Of a DNA stretch of 64,000 nucleotides, positions 19,728-30,614 are shown piece by piece (within the stretch, counting starts at the first letter, position 1; every line of letters begins with the position of its first letter). The stretch is taken from the sequence record NC_009760.1; one strand, 5' to 3'. The translations under genes and the position numbers were made by a program. The notes under the pieces were generated by a model. That model worked only from the letters and a program-made list of their open reading frames with translations, did no database searches and had not been told where the DNA came from.

Positions 19728-22700
19728 ATGGCTACTCGTAATTTTAATATGACGCTACAACTTGATGCGAAATACATCGGTGAGCGTTGGTGGGCGGGTG
19801 AAGAGATTCACCAGTTATGGAATGTAGAAAACATGAATACACTGCAACGTTCTGAATGGGGATTAGATAGAAACGGTTGGATACAATATCGTAGCCAACT
19901 GGATTCCTATTCGATTCGTTATAGTGCATGGGATACCATCTTAAACGATTACTACTTCGAAACAAAGATGCAACCTGCTGGTCAAGGGAACTATGAGATT
20001 GGGTTAGCATTCCGTATGAAAGACCGTTACTCATTCTACTACTTAACATATAACGGTGGATATGCAGACTGGGGCGGTAAGAACATTCGCCTGATGAAAG
20101 TAATCGGTACGCAACATGTAAAGCTGGCTGAGTATGAATGTCCTGTATTCGATACAAAGACCGTTTACAAAGTTCGTGTTGATTTAAAAGGTAACAACAT
20201 TAAGGTTACATGGGATGACCAAGTTATCTTTAACTTCAACGACCCAAACCCAATTCCAAACGGTGCATTCGGGCCACTTGTAATGGGACAAGAGTTTGCG
20301 AAGTGGGAAGGCTTCCAAGCGAAGAACGTAACGAAGTTCATCTTGCAAGAACGCTACAATGATTTAGGAGTAGAGTCCAACTACAATTCACCTGAAACTG
20401 GTAAGCTAGTAGACTCGAAAACTGTTGAAGACTTAATGCGTAAGCAACTTGATACATACTTAAACGGACGAGTATATGAACGTATCATCTATGATGCATT
20501 CCGTCTTGTATCGTCTGAACCAAGAGTCAAACTAGTCTTTGACCGTGTACCAAATAAAAACGTTACATCTGACCCGACATCTCGAATCTATGCTTATCAA
20601 GATGCGCCGTCAGTACCGCCTGTCGCTCCTATTAACTTACTGGGTAAAGCATTAAGTACATCTAGTATTCAGCTTGACTGGACGCATGTCGATGACAGCG
20701 AAGATGGATTCTATATACTAGATGAGAACGGTGAGACAAAAGGAATTGTCGGGGTAGACACATTCCAATTTATCGAGGAAGGCTTGGAGGAGAATACCAG
20801 TTACAAACGTAAAGTGGTTGCCTTCAACGTAGCGGGACGAAGTAAAGAATCAAATACAGTTATCGTGAAGACATTGCAGTCCGTACCAATTGCGCCATCT
20901 GACTTCGAGGGGAAACCAACAGGTGATGGTGAAATTACATGGACATGGAAAGACCATTCATTCAACGAAGCATCATTTGAAATTATTGAGTGGGATCAGT
21001 ACGGAAACATTCAAGTCATTGGTACAGTTGGTGAGAACGTAACAGTATTTGTTGAGAAGGGATTAATTCCGTTACAAGAATATACTCGTGCTGTAAGGGC
21101 AAAGAACCCTGCGGGCGTGAGTCCTCCTTCTAATAAAGCAACAGTAAAGACGAAAAAGGACGTACCACCAAAACCAAACAAAGCACCAATCAACTTCTAC
21201 GGCGTAGGGATTTCAGACGATACAATCGTTTGGTCATGGGAGGATGAAAATACAGTACCGATTGATGGCTACGAGTTATTGGATCCGGACGATAATGTTA
21301 TCGCAACAATTAAAGGCAAGATTACGAACTTCTACGAAAGCGGACTATATGCAAAGATGAAGTACCGCAGAAAGATTCGTGCTTTCAATGAAGGCGGAGT
21401 GGGGCCAGCATCTTTAATTGCAGAGGCGGAAACATTAGACTACGGTAGTAACTTTAAAGATAAGCCAGTTGCTCCGTTTAATCTATACATCATGGAAGTC
21501 GGTACAGACCGATGTAAGTTACGTTGGGAATACAATGACCATCCATTAATGCCGGCAGTCGGATTCAACTTATACAATGAGTTAGACCAAGTAGTAGATA
21601 CTGTACCACTTGAAGTACGTGAACGTAATATCCTGCACTTAAATCCTGACTCGGTTTATTACTTCTACGTAACGGCGTACAACAAGAATGGCGACAGTTT
21701 ACCGTCGAATAAAGTACGTGTTAAAACACTCAAGGTATATGTTGACGAAAATGAGAATAACGAAGATGACAAGACTCCTTCGAAACCTCTCGATGATCCG
21801 CTAGGAGATTTAACATATGACCAAGAGAAACCGGGCATGGAAAAGATTCGTGCATTCCAATCCGGTATTGGTGACCGCTTAGATTTAGCCGTACGTAATG
21901 TAATGCATACAGGCGGAGTCAATATGGAAGAGTTCGATTGTGCGATGTACATCAAAGGGTTGTATCAAAAAGAAGAACCGAAGTTTGTTGACGTGCAATT
22001 TAAGTTCCGTGTTACATGTAACGGTATTGATGTTCGTAACCGCACCGCTTACTCAAAAGTATCCGAATGGATGGGCGCAACAGTTCGCGGCGGTGAAGAT
22101 GGTATTACATTCAATACACCAACAAAGATGGAAACGCCGGACTATGTAACAGAGAAAATATACACAATCGAAGTGCAGGACATGAAAGGTAATACAATTC
22201 CGATGGACGGCACAGAGAAAGGCGATGTAAAAGTACACTGGACTCTTGACCCGTATGAAGCGAAAGACAAGATTGGATGGGTACAAGAAATCTATATGCG
22301 TAACGTATTTAACAACTGGAAGAAGTTCTCGCATAAAGGTGTATTTCAACCAGCGAATAGTTTAGAGATGAATGCATGGCGTTACAAAGAAGATACGGAT
22401 GAGTTAATCTGTACGCAGAATACAGATACATATGTTGGTGCAGTAAGTCCTGATGTATATGATGACTATTACATCAAAGCGCAGTTCCGTTCAAACAACT
22501 GGGACGATGATGCAATGGCATTCGTCGTTGCTTATACGCTAGATGAGTACAGCCGTGAACATACCATTTCAGCAGTACGTACACATTCATCTGCTATCAC
22601 ATGGTCGTTAGTTTATAACTACTCATCAACTGGTCAGAAGACATTAGCTTCTAACATCGAGGTTGATAAGGAACTTGTAAGTAATGACAATACAAAAGGC

Positions 22701-25700
22701 GGTTGGGCTGGCTTCTATCCAAACGGTACAATCATTGAGGTTGTTCGTGAAGGTACGAAGATTACAGCAAGAACATCGGCTGCGGGTAAAACAGAATTAG
22801 GCTACGAGTTAAAGATAGACCTAGACAGCTTACCTGAACTTGCGAAATTCAAGAAGCCTTGTCATATCGGCGTAGCATCTTTATCCCAGCAGGATTCAGC
22901 ACTCAAGATTCAAGAGTTCCGTGGGAATAAGACAGAAGTGTACACGATATATAACTTACGTGCATGGACGAACTACAAAGATAATGTAGGGAATCAAACA
23001 GAATGGATTGGATCTATTTCGAAAACGAAGCGCATGAAAGTAAAAGCATTTGAGCAATTACGATTCACTGGACGCATTCGTTCACCGAAGTATGAGATTC
23101 CGTGGCAGAAGTTAAATGAGAAATACTTCTTCGACCCAACGGGATATAAGGTTGTTGTGAACTGTAGCAATCCAAACGTGGATGTAACGCTAGAGTTTAA
23201 CATAACAGACTTCTTCCCGAAAGAATCAACGTACATTGACATTCCGATGATAGCGAAGATACTGAACCACACGCAAACTCCGTGGAATCCAAGTATCCAT
23301 CATGGCTATTACTATCTGAATCATAAGGAACATTTCTTATTCTCGAATCCGGAAGTGTTACCGAAAGAGACATCCAATAGTGGCGTCTATGTCTACAACT
23401 TCCCGTACAGCATTCGTCTTGTCGGACAGCGTGAGTATGCAGGAAAAGACATGGTGTACAGTGATGATACAATGGCACGATTCCAATTAGGGATAATGAA
23501 GGACACGAAGTATGATGTCGATAAGAAAGTACTAACGTTAGATACAGAACCGACTGGTACATTCATCTCTCGCATCTTTGACTTCCAATATGACCTTGAC
23601 ATGTTCCGTGCAGTTGACGTCAAGCTCAAGAAAGCATTAGCAGGTTCTAGCTATACACTTGAGGTTGGTATCCCTGATGAGAACGGTGATGTAGCGACAT
23701 GGGTAAAACAGAACGGTAATTTACCGGTAGAGTTTCGTGACAAGTTCAGCCGAGTTCGTTACAAGCTAACGCTAAACGAAGGACAAAGTAAAGAGCCTTA
23801 TGCTGCTACCTTCCCGTTAGATGCCTTAGCACTTGAGAAGGGTAAGAAGAAATACATCACTGTTGACGGTAAAACAATTTACATCGACGATCCAACATTC
23901 CGTGACGTTGGTACATTCTTAACAAGTCCAATGGAATACGGAAAGCAAATCGAAGAGATGGGTATTGTGGAACTGGATATGGAAATCCCTGACGGCGGAC
24001 GAGTAGAGTTATACTCTGTCACGGCTGATGAAGAAACGGCTGACTTTGAAAATCCATCAAGAGATATGCCGTGGATTCCGCTAGAACTGGTATCTCAAAA
24101 AGGCAAACGATTCACATACCGTGTGAAGTCGGCAATGAAGAGATACGTGGTACTTGTGGCGAAGCTATTCCGTGGACTGACTTATACCTCTCAAAACACT
24201 GTCACACTAAGTGCAGATACATACGTACCGCAGTGGGCTGATAATGTAACATGGGGCGTTAATGGTATGGAGTTAGTTGACGCAAGTAAACCGGGTACAT
24301 ATCAATCAAAGGCAACGAACTTAGGCTTCATCAAGTTCTACGATAAAGTTCAGCTAGAAACAACGATGAACAATGCGAACCATAAGATTGATATTTATAC
24401 GGTAACTGGTTGGACGGCAGAAGAGGTAGAAGAAGCTGCTAAAACAGAATCCAACTGGAAGAAGGTTGTAGATGGACAGATACAAAGTGACATTCGTTAC
24501 TGCATTATGTATCGTGTTGTTTTAACATCGGGTACAGGCACAACATCACCACAGCTACAGAAGATGACAATCACGCCACTGGTTGATACATACGTTTCAC
24601 CAAAGCTCGATAACATCGTAGCAAGTGCAACACTATTCAACTGGGTGAGAGATGTGCCGGAGATTACAAGCGTGAATGTATCGGGCTACATTGAAAAGGG
24701 TATCGTTGCAGAAGAATACTTCATGCCAATGACAGGAGAGTTAATTGCCAACGGTAGTGAACAAACAATCACGGCATTACCTACAGAACGTCTAGCATGG
24801 GAATGGGTACGTAGAGAAGGGATTCCAAACCCTGATGAACTCGTACTAAAAGACTTCTTCGCAGAGATTGACCCAGCTTATCCAGTAGACCTATACACAG
24901 ACATTGCTGGTACAGGATACGTAACAGGTAAGACGACGGCATCTGTTGGTGAGCTTGTGAAGAAGAAAGAGAAGTTATACTTCGACGAGAAGACACAAGC
25001 TATTGAAGTGAAACCAATCCCGCAAGCAGGTACACCAATCTTAATCACAAATGCACAAGGCACAAGACTTCGCCAAGTTCATTTCCGTGATAGTACGACT
25101 GGTAAACCAACGCTGACGAATATGGAAAACTTAAAAGCAGATGAGACACGTTACCTATTCTTAGAACATACAGGCATTGATCCACGCTCTGCTCATGTAT
25201 GGGTAATGATTGACGGGAAGTGGACAGAGATTCTAAACATCAAGGTTGTAGAGAATCGTATTGTGCTGCCTCACTTACTCATTCCGGGGTCGGATGTACG
25301 TGTAACATATAAACTGCTTGAGTCCTTTACCGTGGATTATAACTATAGTCCGAAGACGGATGTAGCGCAGATCAAACTGCATACTACATTTGATGTGAAT
25401 GAAAAGGAAAGTCGCTTACTGGATATTCAGTACGAAACGAATAAAGAGTCGGCGTACTATCAAGCGACAGAGGTAAATTTAAATCCGTTACATACAAAGA
25501 TTAGCTCCGGCTTCTTATACTTAACGGACGAGATTTACCCGCCTCATAAGTTAGACATCAAAGCAAATCCGACGACGCTATATCACGGTAAGAAGGATAG
25601 AGTAACCGTACATGGATATGTGAAAGATGAACACGGTAATCCAGTCGTTGGCGAACGAGTAGACTTCGATGTGAAGTACGGCTCACTAGAGATTATGAAT

Positions 25701-26159
25701 CCTTTATCAGATGTGAACGGAATGGTTATGGCAATCTACACTGCGCCAAACAATAACTCATTAACATCTGACACAATTGAGATGCATGTGGTCAGTCGTG
25801 ACACAACATATCATGTGACAAACAAAGTGACGATTAATCTTGTCAAAGAAACGTTCGAGGAGAAATTAGCCATTAAGCTAGAAAAACATATGGCAACTCC
25901 GGGAGATGTTGTACAATTGAAAGTGATAGCGATGGGTATCAACTACGAACGCCTGATGAATAAAGCTATTGAAGTAAGCTGTGACATTGGCTCTGTCAGT
26001 CCAGCGAAAGGTACAACCAACGCCGATGGCGAATTGTTCGTCAAATATACAGTTCCAAATACACAAGAGAAGTTCGCGACCATCACCGTGAAAGCAAAGC
26101 GTGAAGATGGACTGCAACTTATAGAACAAAACATACTAGGTATAAGTGGGGTGTCATAA
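19728..26159 (+). CDS. Giant multidomain virion protein: lectin-like, 4x FN3, TSP-C-like lectin, C-terminal Big_1-like Ig domains
   Basis: Four P.AP.N...(L/I).W...(G)F/Y...Y...V.A.N..G.S FN3 units; TQN...WDDDAMAFVVAY; VKDEHGNPVVGERVDF...SDVNG Ig-like pattern. Confidence 0.8.
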   Translation: MATRNFNMTLQLDAKYIGERWWAGEEIHQLWNVENMNTLQRSEWGLDRNGWIQYRSQLDSYSIRYSAWDTILNDYYFETKMQPAGQGNYEIGLAFRMKDRYSFYYLTYNGGYADWGGKNIRLMKVIGTQHVKLAEYECPVFDTKTVYKVRVDLKGNNIKVTWDDQVIFNFNDPNPIPNGAFGPLVMGQEFAKWEGFQAKNVTKFILQERYNDLGVESNYNSPETGKLVDSKTVEDLMRKQLDTYLNGRVYERIIYDAFRLVSSEPRVKLVFDRVPNKNVTSDPTSRIYAYQDAPSVPPVAPINLLGKALSTSSIQLDWTHVDDSEDGFYILDENGETKGIVGVDTFQFIEEGLEENTSYKRKVVAFNVAGRSKESNTVIVKTLQSVPIAPSDFEGKPTGDGEITWTWKDHSFNEASFEIIEWDQYGNIQVIGTVGENVTVFVEKGLIPLQEYTRAVRAKNPAGVSPPSNKATVKTKKDVPPKPNKAPINFYGVGISDDTIVWSWEDENTVPIDGYELLDPDDNVIATIKGKITNFYESGLYAKMKYRRKIRAFNEGGVGPASLIAEAETLDYGSNFKDKPVAPFNLYIMEVGTDRCKLRWEYNDHPLMPAVGFNLYNELDQVVDTVPLEVRERNILHLNPDSVYYFYVTAYNKNGDSLPSNKVRVKTLKVYVDENENNEDDKTPSKPLDDPLGDLTYDQEKPGMEKIRAFQSGIGDRLDLAVRNVMHTGGVNMEEFDCAMYIKGLYQKEEPKFVDVQFKFRVTCNGIDVRNRTAYSKVSEWMGATVRGGEDGITFNTPTKMETPDYVTEKIYTIEVQDMKGNTIPMDGTEKGDVKVHWTLDPYEAKDKIGWVQEIYMRNVFNNWKKFSHKGVFQPANSLEMNAWRYKEDTDELICTQNTDTYVGAVSPDVYDDYYIKAQFRSNNWDDDAMAFVVAYTLDEYSREHTISAVRTHSSAITWSLVYNYSSTGQKTLASNIEVDKELVSNDNTKGGWAGFYPNGTIIEVVREGTKITARTSAAGKTELGYELKIDLDSLPELAKFKKPCHIGVASLSQQDSALKIQEFRGNKTEVYTIYNLRAWTNYKDNVGNQTEWIGSISKTKRMKVKAFEQLRFTGRIRSPKYEIPWQKLNEKYFFDPTGYKVVVNCSNPNVDVTLEFNITDFFPKESTYIDIPMIAKILNHTQTPWNPSIHHGYYYLNHKEHFLFSNPEVLPKETSNSGVYVYNFPYSIRLVGQREYAGKDMVYSDDTMARFQLGIMKDTKYDVDKKVLTLDTEPTGTFISRIFDFQYDLDMFRAVDVKLKKALAGSSYTLEVGIPDENGDVATWVKQNGNLPVEFRDKFSRVRYKLTLNEGQSKEPYAATFPLDALALEKGKKKYITVDGKTIYIDDPTFRDVGTFLTSPMEYGKQIEEMGIVELDMEIPDGGRVELYSVTADEETADFENPSRDMPWIPLELVSQKGKRFTYRVKSAMKRYVVLVAKLFRGLTYTSQNTVTLSADTYVPQWADNVTWGVNGMELVDASKPGTYQSKATNLGFIKFYDKVQLETTMNNANHKIDIYTVTGWTAEEVEEAAKTESNWKKVVDGQIQSDIRYCIMYRVVLTSGTGTTSPQLQKMTITPLVDTYVSPKLDNIVASATLFNWVRDVPEITSVNVSGYIEKGIVAEEYFMPMTGELIANGSEQTITALPTERLAWEWVRREGIPNPDELVLKDFFAEIDPAYPVDLYTDIAGTGYVTGKTTASVGELVKKKEKLYFDEKTQAIEVKPIPQAGTPILITNAQGTRLRQVHFRDSTTGKPTLTNMENLKADETRYLFLEHTGIDPRSAHVWVMIDGKWTEILNIKVVENRIVLPHLLIPGSDVRVTYKLLESFTVDYNYSPKTDVAQIKLHTTFDVNEKESRLLDIQYETNKESAYYQATEVNLNPLHTKISSGFLYLTDEIYPPHKLDIKANPTTLYHGKKDRVTVHGYVKDEHGNPVVGERVDFDVKYGSLEIMNPLSDVNGMVMAIYTAPNNNSLTSDTIEMHVVSRDTTYHVTNKVTINLVKETFEEKLAIKLEKHMATPGDVVQLKVIAMGINYERLMNKAIEVSCDIGSVSPAKGTTNADGELFVKYTVPNTQEKFATITVKAKREDGLQLIEQNILGISGVS

Positions 26160-29100
26160 TGTTCTTACCACCAAAAGCCCACACTAGAGAAATTGTAGAC
26201 GGTCAGTTCAAAGTTAGGCTAGGTAGCCGTGTCCCTAAGGATGCGGTTAACCTAGCTTATACTCATATACCGCCTGTTAAAGCGGATAACAACGTACTGA
26301 TTACGGACTTGTCGAATGCGATATTAGAAAACAATCGCAACACAACAGCCGTGGATGTCGTTACTTATCCCGACAGTTCTTTAGTGTTACAACTGGAAGA
26401 TGGACAAACGGAATTACCGACAGAAGATATTTACATTACAAACTTCTTCGAGAAAGGTGTTCCGTTATATTATGCGTACAAACTCGCATACAAACACTAC
26501 GATCAAAAAGGCCCTGATGAGTTTGGTGTATACCGACGAGATGGTATCTCCATCATTGACCAGCTAGGTAATCCAGTAACAGAACCGTATCAGATTCATT
26601 TAGTTGCAGACCCAAACAATGCCAATGTATATGATGTAATTATCTATACGTCATTTAAGGATGAGATAGGAAAGACTTATACCGTTATTTATAATGCTAT
26701 CTCATTTGAAAATAGCGGGCGGATGATAACGAAGGCAGGTCATCAAGAACCACTGAATGTACTGCGCTCCTTTAAACGAGTAAGTAACATCGGTGAGATT
26801 CTAAAGATGGTAAAAGAGGGCAGGGTTGAACCTGCTTACTATCAAGCAAACGGAAGCGTGCCGGGTACAAGTAAAATCTATGTACCATCACCGCATATCA
26901 AAGATACAAGAGAGTATCAGCGATTCCATTATCAGATTGGACTTGAGATTAAAACGGCGGAAGGTACGAAGGCCTATACAACTCCGTGGTATATTGACCA
27001 GGTAATCAATCCAATGTATCTCAACGGAGAAGAAGCCGAAGAGTATGAGAATGGCTATAAGCAATTAACAAAACTGACTGCCGAGGAAATGATGCATGAC
27101 TTTGTACCGAAGGAAGCATACGCAGACCGTAAGGCTTTGTTCCGATACTTTGTCAGAATTGACAACCCTAAGGTAGAAGAGTTCTTCCGTACCGATGGTT
27201 CATCTCCTATCTATGCTACAACGATGGTGGAAGATGAACGTAACGTACTCAAAGTTCCAGCGAGTGCGAAGAAGATTGATGTACCGGTAACCATCTCTAC
27301 GAATGTAGAATGTGTGGCTCGACCAACGAGAGCAAATCCACTAGACGCAGCTTATGTTACATTCGTCATGGATAACTCGGAGTCGATGATTACGAACGAC
27401 CCGAATAAAGCACTTCGCTTGCAGATCATGGACGGCTTAATTAAAAACTGTACCGACTTCTTTGCCCGCAACGGTATGAACGGTATGTTCTTTAATGATA
27501 AGGTGTGGCAATTCCAAAGCAACTGGAAGAAGGGTGATAAGGAGATTGTAGAAGCCTACTCGAAAACGATGAAGGACTTTGACATCACTAGACCACTCGT
27601 TGCTTTAGATAAGATGATTGCAGACTACAAGACGGTATCCAACAGCAATGGTTCGAATAAGAACTGGAAGATTGCTATCATGATTACCGATGGTCAGTTC
27701 TTTGAAAAGAAGACACTCGAAGATAAATTCATTGAAGCAAAGAAGAACAACATTATCCTAAACGTTATCTGCTTCAATAAGTATGATGAGATGAAGGCTC
27801 TATGTGATAAGTACGGAGGCATTTGCTTAAATGCAAAGTCACCACGTATCTTAATGGACATTCAGTATTTCTTCTTCAATATACTTGGCATCCATTCATC
27901 TACGCTGATTAAATCTATACCAGTTAAGATGAGTCCACTCGATAACGACAAACTGATTATCGAGGTGACAAAGGATACGTTCCAAGTTCCTGACTGGATA
28001 CGAAAGCTAGATGACCGTTACGGCATCGAGTTCCGTACGTCAAAGCCAATTGATACACTGAGCTTCTATATCATTCAAAAGGATACAGGAACGCCGTTAG
28101 GAAGTTATCAAGGTGCAACGTTAATCCCGATGAAGGATGTATTCAAAAATAAGACATACAAGGTGATGATGCATTCGATTGCGTGGGAACATTTCTATGC
28201 GAATAGTTATTCCTTGCAGTTCAATGATACACGCCGTATGTATATCGAGAAGCCCCGTCAACAGCTTGAAACACAAAGCTGGTACTTGCGTATTAAGAAC
28301 GGGCGCTTCGATAAACAGATACAGGATAAGTCACTAGGTAACCCAATTCATACATACGCTATTCCTGAATATTATCGTCAGAACTTTATCAAAGGTTCGA
28401 TGCCATATATGCAGGTACGAAATGAAAAGCCTGAGTTACTGAATACGAATAAGATACGAGTATCCTGCACACCACTTGTCGTTACATTCAACGGGGAATA
28501 TGCAACGAACATTTCCCTGCGGATCAATGGCAAACCAGTTCGAGTGATTAGCTGGGATGCATCTGACGGTATCATGACAATAGATGGTCACGTAACCGAC
28601 AATGACAATATGCTGATTGATTATCAATTCGAAGAGAGCTTCTATGAGTACCGTGGCTTCTACGATATTGAAACAGATAAGTTTTGGTCACTCGACCTAA
28701 ATCCAAGTAGCGGTCATTACATTACAATCCGTGACCCGGCTGATGGAGAAGTAAAAGACTTACCTAGCTTCAAGCTGATTGATAAAACAATCTACATCTA
28801 TGTGAAGCCAGCAGCCAAGATTACGAAGATGATAAACGGAGAGTTCCGATTACTAGAACCCGTTCGACCAAACACAATCTTCCATAGCTTTGAATTAATC
28901 GAAGGTACGGAAGCTATGTTACTCGGCGAAGTCAGAGTGCGACCTAGTTCGAATCAGCGTAGCATTCAGATTGTAGATACAAGGGTTCGAGGCGGAGGAC
29001 TTAAACCGGAAATCACAGAAGAGATCATGGGGATGTTCGAAAAAGAATCACACTTCTATTGGGACATTGGATACTGGGATGGTAAACCATTCCCTGAGAA

Positions 29101-29347
29101 TGCAGTCATCAATATCAAGATTGCGAAGAGTGTCCTAAAAGAGTACGGCGGTCACATGACCCGTGCCGAAGTAGAAGATAAACTTGAGAAGCATTTAGGA
29201 TACGGTGTATTCCCTATCATAGAGTTTATGGATGACCCTGATTCCTTACTACAGATTCCGGATGGTCTTGTGGTTGAAGTAATTGATATAGACGAACAAA
29301 CAACGGATATTGAGAAACCAACATTCCGTTTAGGATTGGAGGGGTAA
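26159..29347 (+). CDS. Virion protein with von Willebrand factor A domain
   Basis: VTFVMDNSES (DxSxS), IAIMITDG and ILNVICF strands at about 27350-27880. Confidence 0.78.
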   Translation: MFLPPKAHTREIVDGQFKVRLGSRVPKDAVNLAYTHIPPVKADNNVLITDLSNAILENNRNTTAVDVVTYPDSSLVLQLEDGQTELPTEDIYITNFFEKGVPLYYAYKLAYKHYDQKGPDEFGVYRRDGISIIDQLGNPVTEPYQIHLVADPNNANVYDVIIYTSFKDEIGKTYTVIYNAISFENSGRMITKAGHQEPLNVLRSFKRVSNIGEILKMVKEGRVEPAYYQANGSVPGTSKIYVPSPHIKDTREYQRFHYQIGLEIKTAEGTKAYTTPWYIDQVINPMYLNGEEAEEYENGYKQLTKLTAEEMMHDFVPKEAYADRKALFRYFVRIDNPKVEEFFRTDGSSPIYATTMVEDERNVLKVPASAKKIDVPVTISTNVECVARPTRANPLDAAYVTFVMDNSESMITNDPNKALRLQIMDGLIKNCTDFFARNGMNGMFFNDKVWQFQSNWKKGDKEIVEAYSKTMKDFDITRPLVALDKMIADYKTVSNSNGSNKNWKIAIMITDGQFFEKKTLEDKFIEAKKNNIILNVICFNKYDEMKALCDKYGGICLNAKSPRILMDIQYFFFNILGIHSSTLIKSIPVKMSPLDNDKLIIEVTKDTFQVPDWIRKLDDRYGIEFRTSKPIDTLSFYIIQKDTGTPLGSYQGATLIPMKDVFKNKTYKVMMHSIAWEHFYANSYSLQFNDTRRMYIEKPRQQLETQSWYLRIKNGRFDKQIQDKSLGNPIHTYAIPEYYRQNFIKGSMPYMQVRNEKPELLNTNKIRVSCTPLVVTFNGEYATNISLRINGKPVRVISWDASDGIMTIDGHVTDNDNMLIDYQFEESFYEYRGFYDIETDKFWSLDLNPSSGHYITIRDPADGEVKDLPSFKLIDKTIYIYVKPAAKITKMINGEFRLLEPVRPNTIFHSFELIEGTEAMLLGEVRVRPSSNQRSIQIVDTRVRGGGLKPEITEEIMGMFEKESHFYWDIGYWDGKPFPENAVINIKIAKSVLKEYGGHMTRAEVEDKLEKHLGYGVFPIIEFMDDPDSLLQIPDGLVVEVIDIDEQTTDIEKPTFRLGLEG

Positions 29348-29348
29348 C

Positions 29349-30614
29349 ATGGCACGTCGTGTACGATTATTTATAGATACAATTAATGCGGATAACGATG
29401 TGGTATTTGAAGTATACCGTGCAGAAGAAACCGGTGTAAGTGAGAAGTCCACACACGTTATGACAGTAGACGATGTGACAGCAAAGAAGGAGAGATACAA
29501 GGAGGTTACGGAAGTTTTACGCCGTGACCCCGATACTCCTTATGCATTCTTTGCACAACGTCACTTTGAGATACTACCGTTTCCAAGTGTAACCGTCGGT
29601 TCGAAAACCATTCGAATGAGTGATGTCGATGTATTCCCTGACGACAAGATGATTGAGATTCGTAATGAAGATTTCGGTCCCGGTGATGGCAAAACAGTTC
29701 GCATGTCCTATGAGTATTTAGCGATACCAGTATTCGATGATGGACGTATCGAAGTAGGGAAAGAATATATCGGGCCACCTGCTACGGGACTTAGAAAACC
29801 ACTAAGTTTACAAATCATGCAGGATCCGGCAACAAAGAAAATTAAGATTACCGTATCACCGGATGCAGCTACATCACACTACTTCTATAAGATATATGCG
29901 AAAGACAAATACGGAAACAAGTCACCGTGGTCTGATGAACATCATATCGCTTTAACACCGTCCCATGTATACTATCGTATTCAGCGTTCAAAGGACGGCA
30001 AGGATTGGGAAGAAGTAACGGTAACAGACTTGCAGGAATGGCTAGATGATTTACATGCATCTGACAATCCAATGAATGTAAAGAACATGCAAGCACTTCC
30101 GATTGCTTCTAAAATATCGAAGCTGACATTTGATAATCCGTGGTATGAAAATACGGACAAGCGTAACTCCTATCGTTACCGTGTCCGTGCAGAAGATAGC
30201 GACGGCATGGCAACAGACTGGGTATACATCGAACCAATCGAGATTAAGGTTGACCTAAGTAAACTTATCATTCGTCGTAAGCTAGACAATAAAGCACCGT
30301 CCTCATTCGATAAGACAGATGCGATTACCGTGTTTACGATTGAGAAGAAAGATGTAGATGTAACGCAGAAGACCATTACACTAGTCGATGACCAGTTAAC
30401 GGACACTTCTAAATATAGCTACACATTCTTTGCGATAGATGAACTAGGCATGATGGCTGACCCAGTATATGTTGTATCGGATAATAGAACATGGAAGAAC
30501 GTTATCCTGTTTGTGGGCGATACGGAAACAGATACAATCAAGGAAAAAGATTTCCACTTATCATTCGAACTGGCTGACCGCATCATAGAAATTGGGGAAG
30601 GAGATGGCGACTGA
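29349..30614 (+). CDS. FN3-like structural protein, paralog 1 of 2
   Basis: YRYRVRAED, YFYKIYAKDKYGNKSPWS, IQRSKDGKDW; collinear with the next gene. Confidence 0.62.
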   Translation: MARRVRLFIDTINADNDVVFEVYRAEETGVSEKSTHVMTVDDVTAKKERYKEVTEVLRRDPDTPYAFFAQRHFEILPFPSVTVGSKTIRMSDVDVFPDDKMIEIRNEDFGPGDGKTVRMSYEYLAIPVFDDGRIEVGKEYIGPPATGLRKPLSLQIMQDPATKKIKITVSPDAATSHYFYKIYAKDKYGNKSPWSDEHHIALTPSHVYYRIQRSKDGKDWEEVTVTDLQEWLDDLHASDNPMNVKNMQALPIASKISKLTFDNPWYENTDKRNSYRYRVRAEDSDGMATDWVYIEPIEIKVDLSKLIIRRKLDNKAPSSFDKTDAITVFTIEKKDVDVTQKTITLVDDQLTDTSKYSYTFFAIDELGMMADPVYVVSDNRTWKNVILFVGDTETDTIKEKDFHLSFELADRIIEIGEGDGD

